Positions 1 to 10,100 of a stretch of 64,000 bases of DNA are shown in pieces. Source of the DNA: Candidatus Kerfeldbacteria bacterium (GTDB lineage: Bacteria; Patescibacteriota; Patescibacteriia; UBA10025; JAHIVO01); assembly GCA_047946875.1 (NCBI GenBank), contig CP181398.1, positions 969,041 to 1,033,040 of the forward strand, read 5' to 3'. Made by a program: the position numbers and the translations under genes. Below the pieces are notes generated by a model. The model was not told the DNA's origin. It did not search any database and saw only the letters and a list, made by a program, of their open reading frames with translations. Position 1 is the stretch's first letter. Each line of letters opens with the position of its first letter.

Positions 1-3
1 ATC

Positions 4-270
4 TCAATCATACCATTCAGTTGATAAATCAATCCATTTATTATTCATACTTTCTACTAATTTAATCTTCTTTACTCGCGAACCTCCTTTCAACTGTTTC
101 TCTCGCATTATAGCATCATAAGGGCTATTAAACTCTTCAAAATATACTAACTTGTTTACATTGTACTTACTAGTAAACCCTAGAAATACTTTATCTTTGT
201 GTTGCAAAACACGTCCTTGTAGATTACTAGTTATGCCAATATACAAAACCTTATTTGTTTTATTAGTCAT
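4..270 (-). CDS. GIY-YIG nuclease family protein (small stand-alone)
   Basis: 88-aa ORF. Contains the motif VLYIGITSNLQGRVLQH, which matches the GIY-YIG consensus (GIY...YIG, Arg, downstream Glu/Asn). Confidence 0.7.
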   Translation of the reverse strand: MTNKTNKVLYIGITSNLQGRVLQHKDKVFLGFTSKYNVNKLVYFEEFNSPYDAIMREKQLKGGSRVKKIKLVESMNNKWIDLSTEWYD

Positions 271-343
271 AATGTATATATGATATATTCTAAATATAAA
301 ACTTCCCCTATTTAGGAGGAAATTTTATAACGTTTATCGCATA

Positions 344-1600
344 CTATTTTTTATTATAAGCCTTAGCTTTATTCTTTCCATTTCCAATATTTTTTTTTGA
401 TTTAGCTTTTATTTTTTTCTCTTTCTTTTCTTCAACTACTTCCGATTCTGTTATATTTCCCTTCAATTCATCTACAATCTGCTGTCTCATCTTTTCTTCT
501 TTATCTTTCTCTTTAGCTTCACGTTTACCTTTTCGCATTCTTCTAATTATTACAATAATGATAATAATCAGTATTATTGTTCCTAAAATTATCAAAATCT
601 CAACTAATGGAATAATCCAAAATGAAATTTCTTTTTGCACTGGACGTAATGGGTCACCATACAGTAGAGTAATCTTGGCTCGATATTTACCAATCATCAA
701 GCCCGTGCCATAACTAGGAACTTCAAACGTTCTATCTGTACCAGGTAAAATAATTTTATTAACTTCATTGACCTGAATCTCCTCTGTTCGGGATCCCCAT
801 AGATCATTGATGATCTTAATATTACCATCTGGCTTCTGATGAGTATTCCCCTGGTTATCAATAGTGATTAAAAAATCTATTGGTGGTTTGAGGAAAAAAT
901 TCTTCGATTCAAAAAAATCCTTTTTATCAGCTGGTGATAATTTTGGATCTTTATTAGTAAAAACACCGGATTGAAAATCTACCTCAATATCATCTATAGT
1001 TGCTCCTAAAATTTTAATAAAAATATTGGTAGCTACATTGGAACCAACATAAACAGCTGCTCCATCAGAATCAGTTTCTTTAGAAGGCTTTAGCTGAAAT
1101 ACTAATGAAATAAGATGAGTACCCGGTTCAGCATCTCGTGGCACAACGATCTTATATGGAAAATCAACTAAAGTACCTTCGGCTGGCATAGTAATTGGTA
1201 TTTCTTCCTGGCCGTAAACTATATCAATATCTTCTTCAGTCTCCTCGACGTCTACTTCATCAGCATCAACGTTCTCTTCAGTCTCCTCGGCAGTAATTGG
1301 TACATTTGCCCATTGAATCCAAGATCGATCTGGCTTCAAATCCTGAGGGTCAGTCAGAATAAGAACAGCTCCTTCCTTTTCAGGTGATTCTGTAAAATTA
1401 TAAACTACTGGATATACAGTAGCACCAGAAAAAGACTCATCATAAAGCTGTACCAATTGCTCATCAATTGTTTCACCCGGTCTAGCTACAATTTCTAAAT
1501 TAAGTTGAGAAATTGTAACTGCCTCAGCTGGCTGGCTAATAAAAATAGAAGCCATAAGAATTATAGCAACGGCAATTATTGACAAAAAAGATTTTTTCAT
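344..1600 (-). CDS. Secreted protein with C-terminal transmembrane anchor and Lys-rich cytoplasmic tail, function unknown
   Basis: N-terminal signal peptide MKKSFLSIIAVAIILMASIFISQPAEA. After ~330 aa, a hydrophobic helix IIPLVEILIILGTIILIIIIIVII is followed by RRMRKGKREAKEK and a K/E-rich tail. Co-directional with the adjacent surface-protein genes. Confidence 0.6.
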   Translation of the reverse strand: MKKSFLSIIAVAIILMASIFISQPAEAVTISQLNLEIVARPGETIDEQLVQLYDESFSGATVYPVVYNFTESPEKEGAVLILTDPQDLKPDRSWIQWANVPITAEETEENVDADEVDVEETEEDIDIVYGQEEIPITMPAEGTLVDFPYKIVVPRDAEPGTHLISLVFQLKPSKETDSDGAAVYVGSNVATNIFIKILGATIDDIEVDFQSGVFTNKDPKLSPADKKDFFESKNFFLKPPIDFLITIDNQGNTHQKPDGNIKIINDLWGSRTEEIQVNEVNKIILPGTDRTFEVPSYGTGLMIGKYRAKITLLYGDPLRPVQKEISFWIIPLVEILIILGTIILIIIIIVIIRRMRKGKREAKEKDKEEKMRQQIVDELKGNITESEVVEEKKEKKIKAKSKKNIGNGKNKAKAYNKK

Positions 1601-1738
1601 AAATTTATTATATTTATTTTAATAGTAATATTATACCATTTTGCTAAATTATCCTCAAATAACTAACTCAACTAAGATATAACAAAAAGAGTCTCCTTAA
1701 TCGGAGACTCAATAATTGAATAATTTTAAAAATTAATT

Positions 1739-2767
1739 TTAGAAGTCTGCAGCAGCAGTATAGGTAACCGTGTGTGAGTGAGATCCTGCCGCAACTGAAG
1801 AATCAACCGCCACTTTATGTGTCACCGTGATATCATTACCACTTTCAGCAATAGCAGCACCCGAGGAAGCTAGTGCAATAGATGCTTCAATAGGCGAATC
1901 ATTATCCAAATATATAGTACCAAAAGTCCAAGTTCCACTTGTAGCTACCGAAATACCATATTCATCTGTACCGGCAGTAATAGCACCACTATCTTCCACA
2001 AAATCCGTAATACTGCCTAAATCACCGGATTCAGCAATAGAAATAGTTGCTCCACCACTCGCATTAGTACCCACATTAATATCGTAGTTACCAGAAGCAA
2101 CAGTGGTAGTAAGTACTACGCCAAGATTACAAGTTACAACCGGTGTACCAGTACAATAAGTGCCGTCCGCGTTATCAAGCAACATTGAAAGATTTGGTAA
2201 CACTGTAACTGAAACATTTACATCGTTGGCGTTACCGACATAAACCACACCAGCACCAGCGTCATCATTAGTTACCACAGATACGGTATATATATCTGCC
2301 CCAGCCGGATTATATAAACTGTCAGTACCACTTGTCCCTATAGTCATGGTCAATGAACTAGTATCTCCACCAGAGGCTACATCACAGCTAGCTGATAATC
2401 CAGCAGTGGCCGTAGCATCGGTCTGCACATAAGATCCAAATGTCGCACCGACCTGAGCACAAGTAATATCAGTGGAATCAATAGTACCATCCGTATCAAC
2501 CCATGGGTCACCGCCTGAATTCTCACCAATATATACAGTAATAGTGTCACCAGTCGTTATTGCAGTTGTCGGCGAAAAAACAATAGTAATTTGTGACTCA
2601 GTGTTTATAGCTTCACTAGTAACTAGGGTGGTAGTCACTATATCAATACCAGCTGCTTGTGCATCTCGTCCAGCAGAAAACTGGCTCATTACAAATACGA
2701 GAGTAATGATACTGATAATTGCTCCGGATTTTTTTAATAGATTAAAAAACCGCCTCCATTTGAACAT
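1739..2767 (-). CDS. Secreted Thr/Gly-rich surface protein, short paralogue of the giant protein downstream; shares the C-terminal module ending TYTAAADF
   Basis: The ORF runs to 2854. The likely start is M30, with the signal peptide MFKWRRFFNLLKKSGAIISIITLVFVMSQFSAG; alternative starts lie at 2824 and 2854. The C-terminal ~60 aa (TAGTDEYGIS...HTVTYTAAADF) align with the C-terminus of the 1709-aa protein. It shares the internal motif VSVTVLPNLS with the 104-aa protein. Confidence 0.6.
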   Translation of the reverse strand: MFKWRRFFNLLKKSGAIISIITLVFVMSQFSAGRDAQAAGIDIVTTTLVTSEAINTESQITIVFSPTTAITTGDTITVYIGENSGGDPWVDTDGTIDSTDITCAQVGATFGSYVQTDATATAGLSASCDVASGGDTSSLTMTIGTSGTDSLYNPAGADIYTVSVVTNDDAGAGVVYVGNANDVNVSVTVLPNLSMLLDNADGTYCTGTPVVTCNLGVVLTTTVASGNYDINVGTNASGGATISIAESGDLGSITDFVEDSGAITAGTDEYGISVATSGTWTFGTIYLDNDSPIEASIALASSGAAIAESGNDITVTHKVAVDSSVAAGSHSHTVTYTAAADF

Positions 2768-2979
2768 ATTGATATTGTGGAAATAGTGTGTATAAACCCT
2801 ATTTTTATGATTTTTGTTTTTCATTTTGTCCCTTATTTTAAAGGATATTTTCATTTTATTATATTCTTTCCCGCGTCTAAACAGGTAGTATATATATCTA
2901 TAATAGCATATATTCAGAAACTAGTCAATAATAAATCCAGTAATATTAAATGAACACATTATTGACTCACCTATTATTA

Positions 2980-5900
2980 TTAAAAATCTCCGGCGCAGGT
3001 ATAAGTAACAATATGCGAAAAAATAGCGCCTGCCGTAATAGCCGCTGCAGCCGCTTCGTAGGTCATAGCTGTAGCACTGGCAGTAACTCGTCCTGCATTA
3101 GATGCTACAGTAAGTGGCGCACCAGTAATAGCAACATCGTTAGCTCCTAATTGACAATCTGCTCCAGTACAACTAATGCCATATTCTTCACTACCGGCTG
3201 TCACCGTATTATCAACTACATCATCTATATCATCGGCTCCATTTCGAATATTACCATCCTCCACCACACTGCAGGTATAACCATTCGGAGCGTTGGTTGT
3301 AACTGTTAAATTATGATTATCACTTCCAACTGTTAGAGTATTAATAACTCCCAAATTCATCACATTAGCACTTAAAGAAAAACCTAAATTATCGCTCCAG
3401 TCCACGACAGCCCCGCTATTTTCTTGATCATATGCTTCACCTCCTTTATTTCCATCCCACCAAAGAAACTTCCAATAAACACCTGCACCGATTGCATCAA
3501 CATTAAAATCAACAATAGAATCTATCCCATCCCCATTATCATCAAATATAACATTCCTAAATATATCATCAGAAGTGATGCCATCCGCAACAATATACCT
3601 GGAATCAACTCCATCTCCGGCATTGTCAAAACTTCCATCAGATAGCTCTGTTACCGTTGCTGTAGTATGAATATACAACCCATCATTATCAATATAGTCA
3701 AAATCATAATATTGTGCGTTGATAGTGCCATTTATATCCATTGCATAGTTGCCCGTACTATCCCGAGTAATAAGTGTTCTATTTGAGGCGGCATTTTGGC
3801 CTTTTATTTCAAGGGTTTCACCATTATCTACAGTCATGGACGCTCCAGGAGCAAAGCGTACGTCTGCCTGACGGGTTACTGCCGCGCCGTCTTCAAAATC
3901 CTTGGCATAGCTCCAATACTCGTTGGTGCGGGAATTGCACGTACCATAGATATTAAGCCGGCCGGCACTGCCAGCGTGATCCTGAGAAAACAGGCAGCCG
4001 CCAGAATCAATGGTAAACGTAGTAGCTACAGAATCCCACATGACTATGTCTTCTGATGCCCCAATACGCAAGGTAATAAAAGTGTCTCCGAGATGCGTTT
4101 TATTATTAATGTTGTACATACCACCGGAGCCATTAAGATACAGAGTTGATCCAGTCCAGGTAGTATTAGCTCCGGCCACACTTAAGTCAAAATTACCCCC
4201 TACCTCCAAAACAACACTTGCTACAGAAAATGCGCTGGCTGCGGTCAATGTAAGGTTACTGCTTGTTGTCATATTATCGGTCTGTACAGTCCAGTCACCT
4301 GAAGCATGATTAAAAACAACTGTACCAAAACTTTGAGAGCCCGCCTCTACTGTTTCACTACCAGCATCTGAATCAAATGTCACCGTACCCGAGTTTGAAG
4401 TAAAGGTACCGTTGTTATCCCAGGAACCAGCCACATTGAATGCACTGGAATCTGATGCGTTCAACTCTGCTCCAGAAGTTATGGAAACGTTACCAGCTAC
4501 GTCAGTCACCGGATCATTGATTGTGAGATCCAACTCGCCGTCATTCACGGTCAACGCACCATCGACGGTAAATGCGCCGGAGATAATTACATCGTCAACA
4601 TCATCTGATGCCCCAGCGTTATTTGAATAAAAATTATAAAATGCTTTACTGCCCGTGGTGACAGTTTGATCAGCAGTACCATCCGGCTCTACAATTGAAT
4701 TTGTAAACGGAATAAACGTACCAGTACCAGACATAGTCCAGTTACCGCCGAATGTTACTGTGGTAGGATCTGCGTCAGCATTTGGCGCATCATCCTGTAA
4801 ATCAAAAGCACCAGTTCCCTGCACATCTATGGCCCCTGAAATATCTACTTCCCAGCCGTGTGTTTCAAGCCTATCACCCGTAGCTATAGTTAAACTACTG
4901 GCAGAAAAATCACTTTTTAATTTAGTAGTGCCGGGACTCTGGCCAATCTGCACAATACCCATATCTTGCTTAGCACCAGTGCTTTGATCATCAAACCACT
5001 GGTCATCCAGCACACCATCCAAAATAAGCTTACCTGTACCAGCTCCGGAAGAATCAAATGTACCCCCATCAGTAATGACAAAAGAAGTCTCTCCATCTCC
5101 AGTAGCAATAAAATCAACGTTATTACCGTGTGAAAAATTGGCGCTGGCACCAATACTAAAATCTGCCGCCACGGCTAGCTGATCAGCATTTGAAACATCA
5201 CCAGTGCCGGTAACAGACAAACCTTGAAATGTATTTCCGTCAGAAGTAATAGTCTTAGACGACCCGTCCATCTGGAAAGTATTACCACTGGTAAAAGTAA
5301 CGCTACCACCAGTAAAGTCAATATTACCCGTAACCGTCCAGGCACTTATTCCTGTGTTAAGTGTAGGCGTACCGCCTCCACCATAATTAGTAATTAGATC
5401 GCCGGTGATATTTATTATTGGATCATGTCCTACACCAGTTAAAATCGTAGTACCACCTAATGTATCATCAGTTACCTCCAAATTTCCAGAAAAAGTCAAC
5501 GTTTGACTACCCACCGTGCCAAGAGTAGCCGTATACGTATTTGCACCACTATTATTATAAATTTCTACATTATCACCATATGTTCTTTGGGGAATATTTG
5601 TATCACCTGATTCACTAATAAAAAACCTCAGAGGTGCTGAAATAGTCCCTGATGTAGGGAAAATATTTGATGACTGGTAATCCAGCAACCCCGTACCATC
5701 AATAGTGCCATTCAACGTAATAGATGATGAAGTGTCCATAGTTAACGTAACAGTATCAATAGTAAAAGTATCATCAGTCACTACAATTAAAGTACCACCA
5801 ACAGTCAGGCCACTCGTCTGCAAAGTAATAGTACCAGTTGAAGATGGATCGATTGTTAAGTTATTTAGAGTTTCATTACCGCCGACAATACTGTTTGACG

Positions 5901-8004
5901 TGCCGGTCATAGTTACCGCCGATGTGCCAGCAATAATAATACTACCAGTCATATTCAAATCACCCGCTACTGTATGAGTAGCATTAGCCAAAGTAATAGT
6001 ACCACCAGAGAGCGTTAAATTCTGTAGCGTATTGCCGGCCGTGGTTAATAAACCACCACCATCCATAACTAGCGTATTACCGGCGGTGGCAGTATAAGAT
6101 CCATCCGAAAAATTGACATTGCCGGAAACTGTCCAAGTGCCCGTGCCAGAAATAATATTTTCAGCACTAGTCCCCGCTCCAGTGAAATCCAAATCTCCCC
6201 CGATCGTAACAGTCGGATTGTTAGTAACCCCAGTCAAAGTTACATCACCAGGAGTATCTCCAGCCGCTATAACATAAAGATGAGAAGACGCTCCAGCCAA
6301 AGTATATGTCCCGGAGGCAAATGTAACCGTCCGACCTGTCGCACTATTAGAATATATCTCTACTAAACCACTGTATGTCCGAGCATCAAAAGTAGTTGAA
6401 GCTATATTACCAGCCGAAGTATCGAAACGTGTGATAGCGCTCAGTGTCCCAGCTCCCGCACCTGGACCACCAGAAGCATCAGTAAAGCATAGTCTGCCGG
6501 CACCCGTAATGTCCCCATCCAGCGTCATGGTCGCCCCAGTATGTGTAATAATCCGACCTGTATCAATAGTAAAAATATCACTGGTATCAACATCTACCGT
6601 ACCGCTAACCGTAAAATCGTTAGTCTGAGCTGTCCACGTACCACTACCATCACTGCCTATAAATGTCAGATTGTTAAAACCAGAACTACCCGCTTCTATA
6701 ATATTATCGGTGTCAGCCGCGTCAAAAGTAATTGTAGAAGATGAGGCCGTATAAGTACCGGTATTCACCCAATCTCCTGACACGGTAATGGACTCTGATG
6801 ATCCAGCCGTGTAAGTACCTACAATTTTTATATCATCAAAAACTGTCGTTCCGCCAGGCACGAATTCATCCCCGGTCCAAACATAAAATATCCTCGCATC
6901 ACTGACCGTCAGCGTACCGGCATTTGACGTGAATCCAATCTCAGTATCAATGCAGTTAGTACCGGAATCATTATCACAGTCAGCGAGATCAGCATTAGTT
7001 ACCGTAGTGGAATTTTCATCCCTAACAATAACCCGATCCTGATAAATTGACAGGCCGGTACAATTAGGCGAACCCGTACAGGCCGCCCCGTAAGTTACTA
7101 CCAGCGTGCCATCAGCCGTAGCACCATCCAGCCATATCACCAGCTCATCACCGTTGGAGGGCTCAGTAATGTTGACTGTCCAATTCCCTGATCCGTCCGT
7201 GCCGTCGGCATCCGAAGCCGTAGCACCAGTAGAACTATTTACTATTTTAATTGCTCCTCCGCTGTTATTCAGCGTGGCTACTCCTTCGTTAGTATAAGCA
7301 ATTCCAGAAATAGTGCTGGTTGCAGGTACACTGGCAATCACCCCAGGAATAACCGTATACGTATCCGACGGACTGGCCCGAAAACAATACGTTTCTGAAT
7401 CTGAGGCATTACTGGTAAAGGCCACCGTATATTCCATTTCCGTATAATAAGTTGTTAAGAGCGCTTTTTTGGGATCGGAAGTATTGGACGGATCCTCGGC
7501 CATATCACCGGTCTGAAATAACGAATTTTCATCAGCCAAAGTACAGCTTGTAACCGATGTACAATTTGTTGACTGATCATTATCTGCGTAATAACTAGTG
7601 GTGGTCATTTCCACCGGCTCGGTAGTAGGAGTAACGGGCACATTGGCAAAATTACCATCAGCCACACTTGTACACACACCTGCCCCGCCAAGAGCTGCAT
7701 ACTGCAAAATAAAAGAAGTGGTAGTGCTGGCAGCAGTCCCCTCATTTGACAGCTCAAAACGAATACGAAAATTAGTGCCGACTGTTACGCCATTAGAAGA
7801 ATCAGCGTCAACAGATGACAGGTCAGTATTAAGAAATGAAGCAGCAGTCTCCGAGCCATCATCATCACGCAACGAGTAGTGTATCTGGATAACATTAGGA
7901 CTGCCTGATTCATGGGCCAATGCAAAATCAACATATGTAAACAAACTTGCCGAGATTACAACAATTAATACAATGATATATTTTAATAATAAACTAAATT
8001 TCAT
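2980..8004 (-). CDS. Giant (~1675 aa) secreted Thr/Gly/Ser-rich beta-helix-like repeat surface protein (adhesin-like, PATR-like GxxTLxLSGGTITL repeats)
   Basis: Signal peptide MKFSLLLKYIIVLIVVISASLFTYVDFALA. The ORF track extends to 8109; the start was trimmed to the ATG at 8002-8004, with an alternative at 8031. The sequence is extremely T/G/S/N-rich with reiterated GT.T..G and NTL.NLTLSGGTITL motifs. The C-terminus (AGSEEYGIS...SHIVTYTCAGDF) is homologous to the 371-aa neighbour. Confidence 0.7.
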   Translation of the reverse strand: MKFSLLLKYIIVLIVVISASLFTYVDFALAHESGSPNVIQIHYSLRDDDGSETAASFLNTDLSSVDADSSNGVTVGTNFRIRFELSNEGTAASTTTSFILQYAALGGAGVCTSVADGNFANVPVTPTTEPVEMTTTSYYADNDQSTNCTSVTSCTLADENSLFQTGDMAEDPSNTSDPKKALLTTYYTEMEYTVAFTSNASDSETYCFRASPSDTYTVIPGVIASVPATSTISGIAYTNEGVATLNNSGGAIKIVNSSTGATASDADGTDGSGNWTVNITEPSNGDELVIWLDGATADGTLVVTYGAACTGSPNCTGLSIYQDRVIVRDENSTTVTNADLADCDNDSGTNCIDTEIGFTSNAGTLTVSDARIFYVWTGDEFVPGGTTVFDDIKIVGTYTAGSSESITVSGDWVNTGTYTASSSTITFDAADTDNIIEAGSSGFNNLTFIGSDGSGTWTAQTNDFTVSGTVDVDTSDIFTIDTGRIITHTGATMTLDGDITGAGRLCFTDASGGPGAGAGTLSAITRFDTSAGNIASTTFDARTYSGLVEIYSNSATGRTVTFASGTYTLAGASSHLYVIAAGDTPGDVTLTGVTNNPTVTIGGDLDFTGAGTSAENIISGTGTWTVSGNVNFSDGSYTATAGNTLVMDGGGLLTTAGNTLQNLTLSGGTITLANATHTVAGDLNMTGSIIIAGTSAVTMTGTSNSIVGGNETLNNLTIDPSSTGTITLQTSGLTVGGTLIVVTDDTFTIDTVTLTMDTSSSITLNGTIDGTGLLDYQSSNIFPTSGTISAPLRFFISESGDTNIPQRTYGDNVEIYNNSGANTYTATLGTVGSQTLTFSGNLEVTDDTLGGTTILTGVGHDPIINITGDLITNYGGGGTPTLNTGISAWTVTGNIDFTGGSVTFTSGNTFQMDGSSKTITSDGNTFQGLSVTGTGDVSNADQLAVAADFSIGASANFSHGNNVDFIATGDGETSFVITDGGTFDSSGAGTGKLILDGVLDDQWFDDQSTGAKQDMGIVQIGQSPGTTKLKSDFSASSLTIATGDRLETHGWEVDISGAIDVQGTGAFDLQDDAPNADADPTTVTFGGNWTMSGTGTFIPFTNSIVEPDGTADQTVTTGSKAFYNFYSNNAGASDDVDDVIISGAFTVDGALTVNDGELDLTINDPVTDVAGNVSITSGAELNASDSSAFNVAGSWDNNGTFTSNSGTVTFDSDAGSETVEAGSQSFGTVVFNHASGDWTVQTDNMTTSSNLTLTAASAFSVASVVLEVGGNFDLSVAGANTTWTGSTLYLNGSGGMYNINNKTHLGDTFITLRIGASEDIVMWDSVATTFTIDSGGCLFSQDHAGSAGRLNIYGTCNSRTNEYWSYAKDFEDGAAVTRQADVRFAPGASMTVDNGETLEIKGQNAASNRTLITRDSTGNYAMDINGTINAQYYDFDYIDNDGLYIHTTATVTELSDGSFDNAGDGVDSRYIVADGITSDDIFRNVIFDDNGDGIDSIVDFNVDAIGAGVYWKFLWWDGNKGGEAYDQENSGAVVDWSDNLGFSLSANVMNLGVINTLTVGSDNHNLTVTTNAPNGYTCSVVEDGNIRNGADDIDDVVDNTVTAGSEEYGISCTGADCQLGANDVAITGAPLTVASNAGRVTASATAMTYEAAAAAITAGAIFSHIVTYTCAGDF

Positions 8005-9571
8005 TGTTTGGTTCAAATAAATAAAATTCATATCCAAAATCTTCCAACGTAACATTACGTCCATATACAATAGTCGGGATATCCAGCGTATAGGAAGGAT
8101 TATAGTCATCGGTAAATATTGGTAATTCGCTCAATGTAAAATGATTCTCCAGTAATTCTCTGCCAAAAAAATTTGGTATCATCCCCCGGAAATCCTGCTC
8201 AACAAATTCACGGTCACTCGCAAAGTACACAATAGATCCATAGCCATCAGGATTAGACACAGAAAATTTCACCATAGAGAAAACACTTGCCAGCGTATTA
8301 TAAACAATGGGTTGCTGGTCTTCGGATTTTATCCATCCCATGGCATTCGTACTCAGGATACCATTGGGTTTGAGGATACTTTTTCCTTCAGTAAAAAACT
8401 CTTCAGTCACCATGTGGATCGATGGTTCAGATCCAATAACTATATCAATCATTATTAAATCATACTTTTTGTCAGTATGACGAACATAGTAACGTGCATC
8501 CTGTACGATATACGTAAAATTATCAGTGGTTGGCAAATCAAAAAATTCAGTACTGAGCTCAATAATGCGTGGATTTATCTCTACGATATCAACATTATGC
8601 GTGGTATCGCTTAACTCTTTGACTACGGCACCTCCGCCCAATCCAAGAATTAGGATATCAAGCTTTTGATCCTCCGGAAAAGCATTAATCGCTCCTCGAA
8701 AATACCGCGTATAAGGCCAGGCGGATGAATTAATATCATAATTCCAACAACTTTGGCTGGACGTATCAATCAGCAGACACCTGATGTTTTGGTTCACTGC
8801 CCGTAGTTCATACAGTTTAATATCCCCAAAATAACTTTGCTCCTTATAGATAATTTTTGCCTGAGCGGGTTGTGACACTACATGTGAAGGTAATAAAAAT
8901 TGGATAATTATCAAGAGAACAATTGTAATGATCGACGTGAATCCTCCTCGTTTCGCAAATAACCAGCCAAGAGCTAATATAATAAGCAATGCTCCGGTTG
9001 TACTAAAAATAACTGACAAAGAAAAATTTGGTATTAGAAAAAATCCGCTTGCAAGCGCGCCCACCAAAGAACCGACAGTGGCTATGGCAAAAATTCTTCC
9101 GCTCTGCATGCCTACTGTCCCGATATCCTTAGTTTGGTACCGAATAGCTATTGGGGAAATAGTACCGAGTAAAAATAATGGGATTGAAAACATAATTACC
9201 GAAGCAACCAAAGGACCAAAACGAATTCCAAAAGAATCCGTCCAAATAAGAATAATGCTGTCTAATTTTGGAATTATTAAAAAAATAATACCGGCTGAAA
9301 AAAGGATAGACACGAATAAATCAGTTATTTTTTTTACTTTGAATATTTTCAGGTCAAACTCTTTATCGTGTAATCTGTCGACAGCTTTGCCTCCAAGCCA
9401 ATACCCTAATGCAAGAAAAGCAAGTGCAGTAGAGATAAGCGAAGACCAAACAAAAATCGTTGAACCATAAAATGGAGAGAGGATCCTAGTACCCAAAATT
9501 TCCAAAACCATGACTGCTGCTCCATTAATAAGCAGTGTAACAACAAGCCAAATTTTATTAAATTTATTCAT
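7994..9571 (-). CDS. Membrane-fused spermidine synthase-like protein (polytopic N-terminal domain + aminopropyltransferase/SAM-MTase fold)
   Basis: About 7 N-terminal hydrophobic helices. The C-terminal domain has LDILILGLGGGAVVKEL (glycine-rich SAM/dcSAM motif), VDIVEINPRIIELS and YDLIMID, typical of SpeE-family enzymes. Starts with an ATG (9569-9571). Confidence 0.65.
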   Translation of the reverse strand: MNKFNKIWLVVTLLINGAAVMVLEILGTRILSPFYGSTIFVWSSLISTALAFLALGYWLGGKAVDRLHDKEFDLKIFKVKKITDLFVSILFSAGIIFLIIPKLDSIILIWTDSFGIRFGPLVASVIMFSIPLFLLGTISPIAIRYQTKDIGTVGMQSGRIFAIATVGSLVGALASGFFLIPNFSLSVIFSTTGALLIILALGWLFAKRGGFTSIITIVLLIIIQFLLPSHVVSQPAQAKIIYKEQSYFGDIKLYELRAVNQNIRCLLIDTSSQSCWNYDINSSAWPYTRYFRGAINAFPEDQKLDILILGLGGGAVVKELSDTTHNVDIVEINPRIIELSTEFFDLPTTDNFTYIVQDARYYVRHTDKKYDLIMIDIVIGSEPSIHMVTEEFFTEGKSILKPNGILSTNAMGWIKSEDQQPIVYNTLASVFSMVKFSVSNPDGYGSIVYFASDREFVEQDFRGMIPNFFGRELLENHFTLSELPIFTDDYNPSYTLDIPTIVYGRNVTLEDFGYEFYLFEPNNEI

Positions 9572-9621
9572 AAATTACAGTCATATTATACTAAAAATCA
9601 ACTTTTTTGTAAAAATTTCCT

Positions 9622-9936
9622 CTAATAATCTGCTGTGGCAGTCCAATATATTTCATTCTCACTGATTATATCCTTTCTTAATGTGGCCCCAAAAGGCCAG
9701 TTGGTAGTATATATTGGCAATCCATTATCTATTGATAAAGACAAATTTGGGAGAACAATTACTGACACATATACTTCCTTTTCTACGGATGCAAAACCCC
9801 CACTATCAATGGATTGAGCATTAGTTCCGTTATTAGGCGATAAAAAAATCAATATAAAAATTACTAAAACTAATACTATATTAGCTGTTACCAGCCATTT
9901 TTTTGAATCAATAAAATTTCTCAACATTAAAATCAT
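9622..9936 (-). CDS. Small secreted/membrane-anchored protein, short member of the VLPNLS/C-terminal T-A-x-A-D-[FY] family
   Basis: N-terminal hydrophobic segment LVTANIVLVLVIFILIFL. Carries VSVIVLPNLSLSIDN (compare VSVTVLPNLSMLLDN in the 371-aa protein) and ends YWTATADY (compare TYTAAADF and TYTCAGDF). Its start overlaps the stop of the upstream HTH gene by 4 nt. Confidence 0.5.
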   Translation of the reverse strand: MILMLRNFIDSKKWLVTANIVLVLVIFILIFLSPNNGTNAQSIDSGGFASVEKEVYVSVIVLPNLSLSIDNGLPIYTTNWPFGATLRKDIISENEIYWTATADY

Positions 9937-10100
9937 AAATTAGAATTATTCTTTAAGAATTTCTTAAGGTCTTTGCTGCCAATCCTCCACTGGCCAATAT
10001 GATAAGCACGGAGTTTTTTGGTTTTTATATAACGAAAAAGAGTCCTCTCACTTACGCGTAAGTATTTGGCGACCTCATTTAAGGTATATAACTTTTCCAT
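9933..10100 (-). CDS. Small helix-turn-helix DNA-binding protein (excisionase/MerR-like HTH)
   Basis: LYTLNEVAKYLRVSERTLFRYIKTKKLRAYHIGQWRIGSKDLKKF fits the HTH_17/excisionase-type fold. The ORF runs to 10145; the likely start is MEKLY at 10098-10100. Confidence 0.6.
   Translation of the reverse strand: MEKLYTLNEVAKYLRVSERTLFRYIKTKKLRAYHIGQWRIGSKDLKKFLKNNSNL

Noticed and set aside
4-270. GIY-YIG gene considered as a homing endonuclease or mobile element
   Set aside because: Only the ~90-aa catalytic GIY-YIG module is present, with no DNA-binding extension, intron or intein context. Small stand-alone GIY-YIG proteins are common chromosomal genes.
8928-9470. 180-aa plus-strand ORF inside the spermidine-synthase-like gene. 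Similar antisense ORFs occur at 41989..42720, 54014..54601, 37954..38328 and 47534..47908.
   Set aside because: Each lies entirely antisense to a long, well-supported minus-strand CDS and has low-complexity composition and no RBS. The pair of identical antisense ORFs simply reflects the sense-strand repeat.
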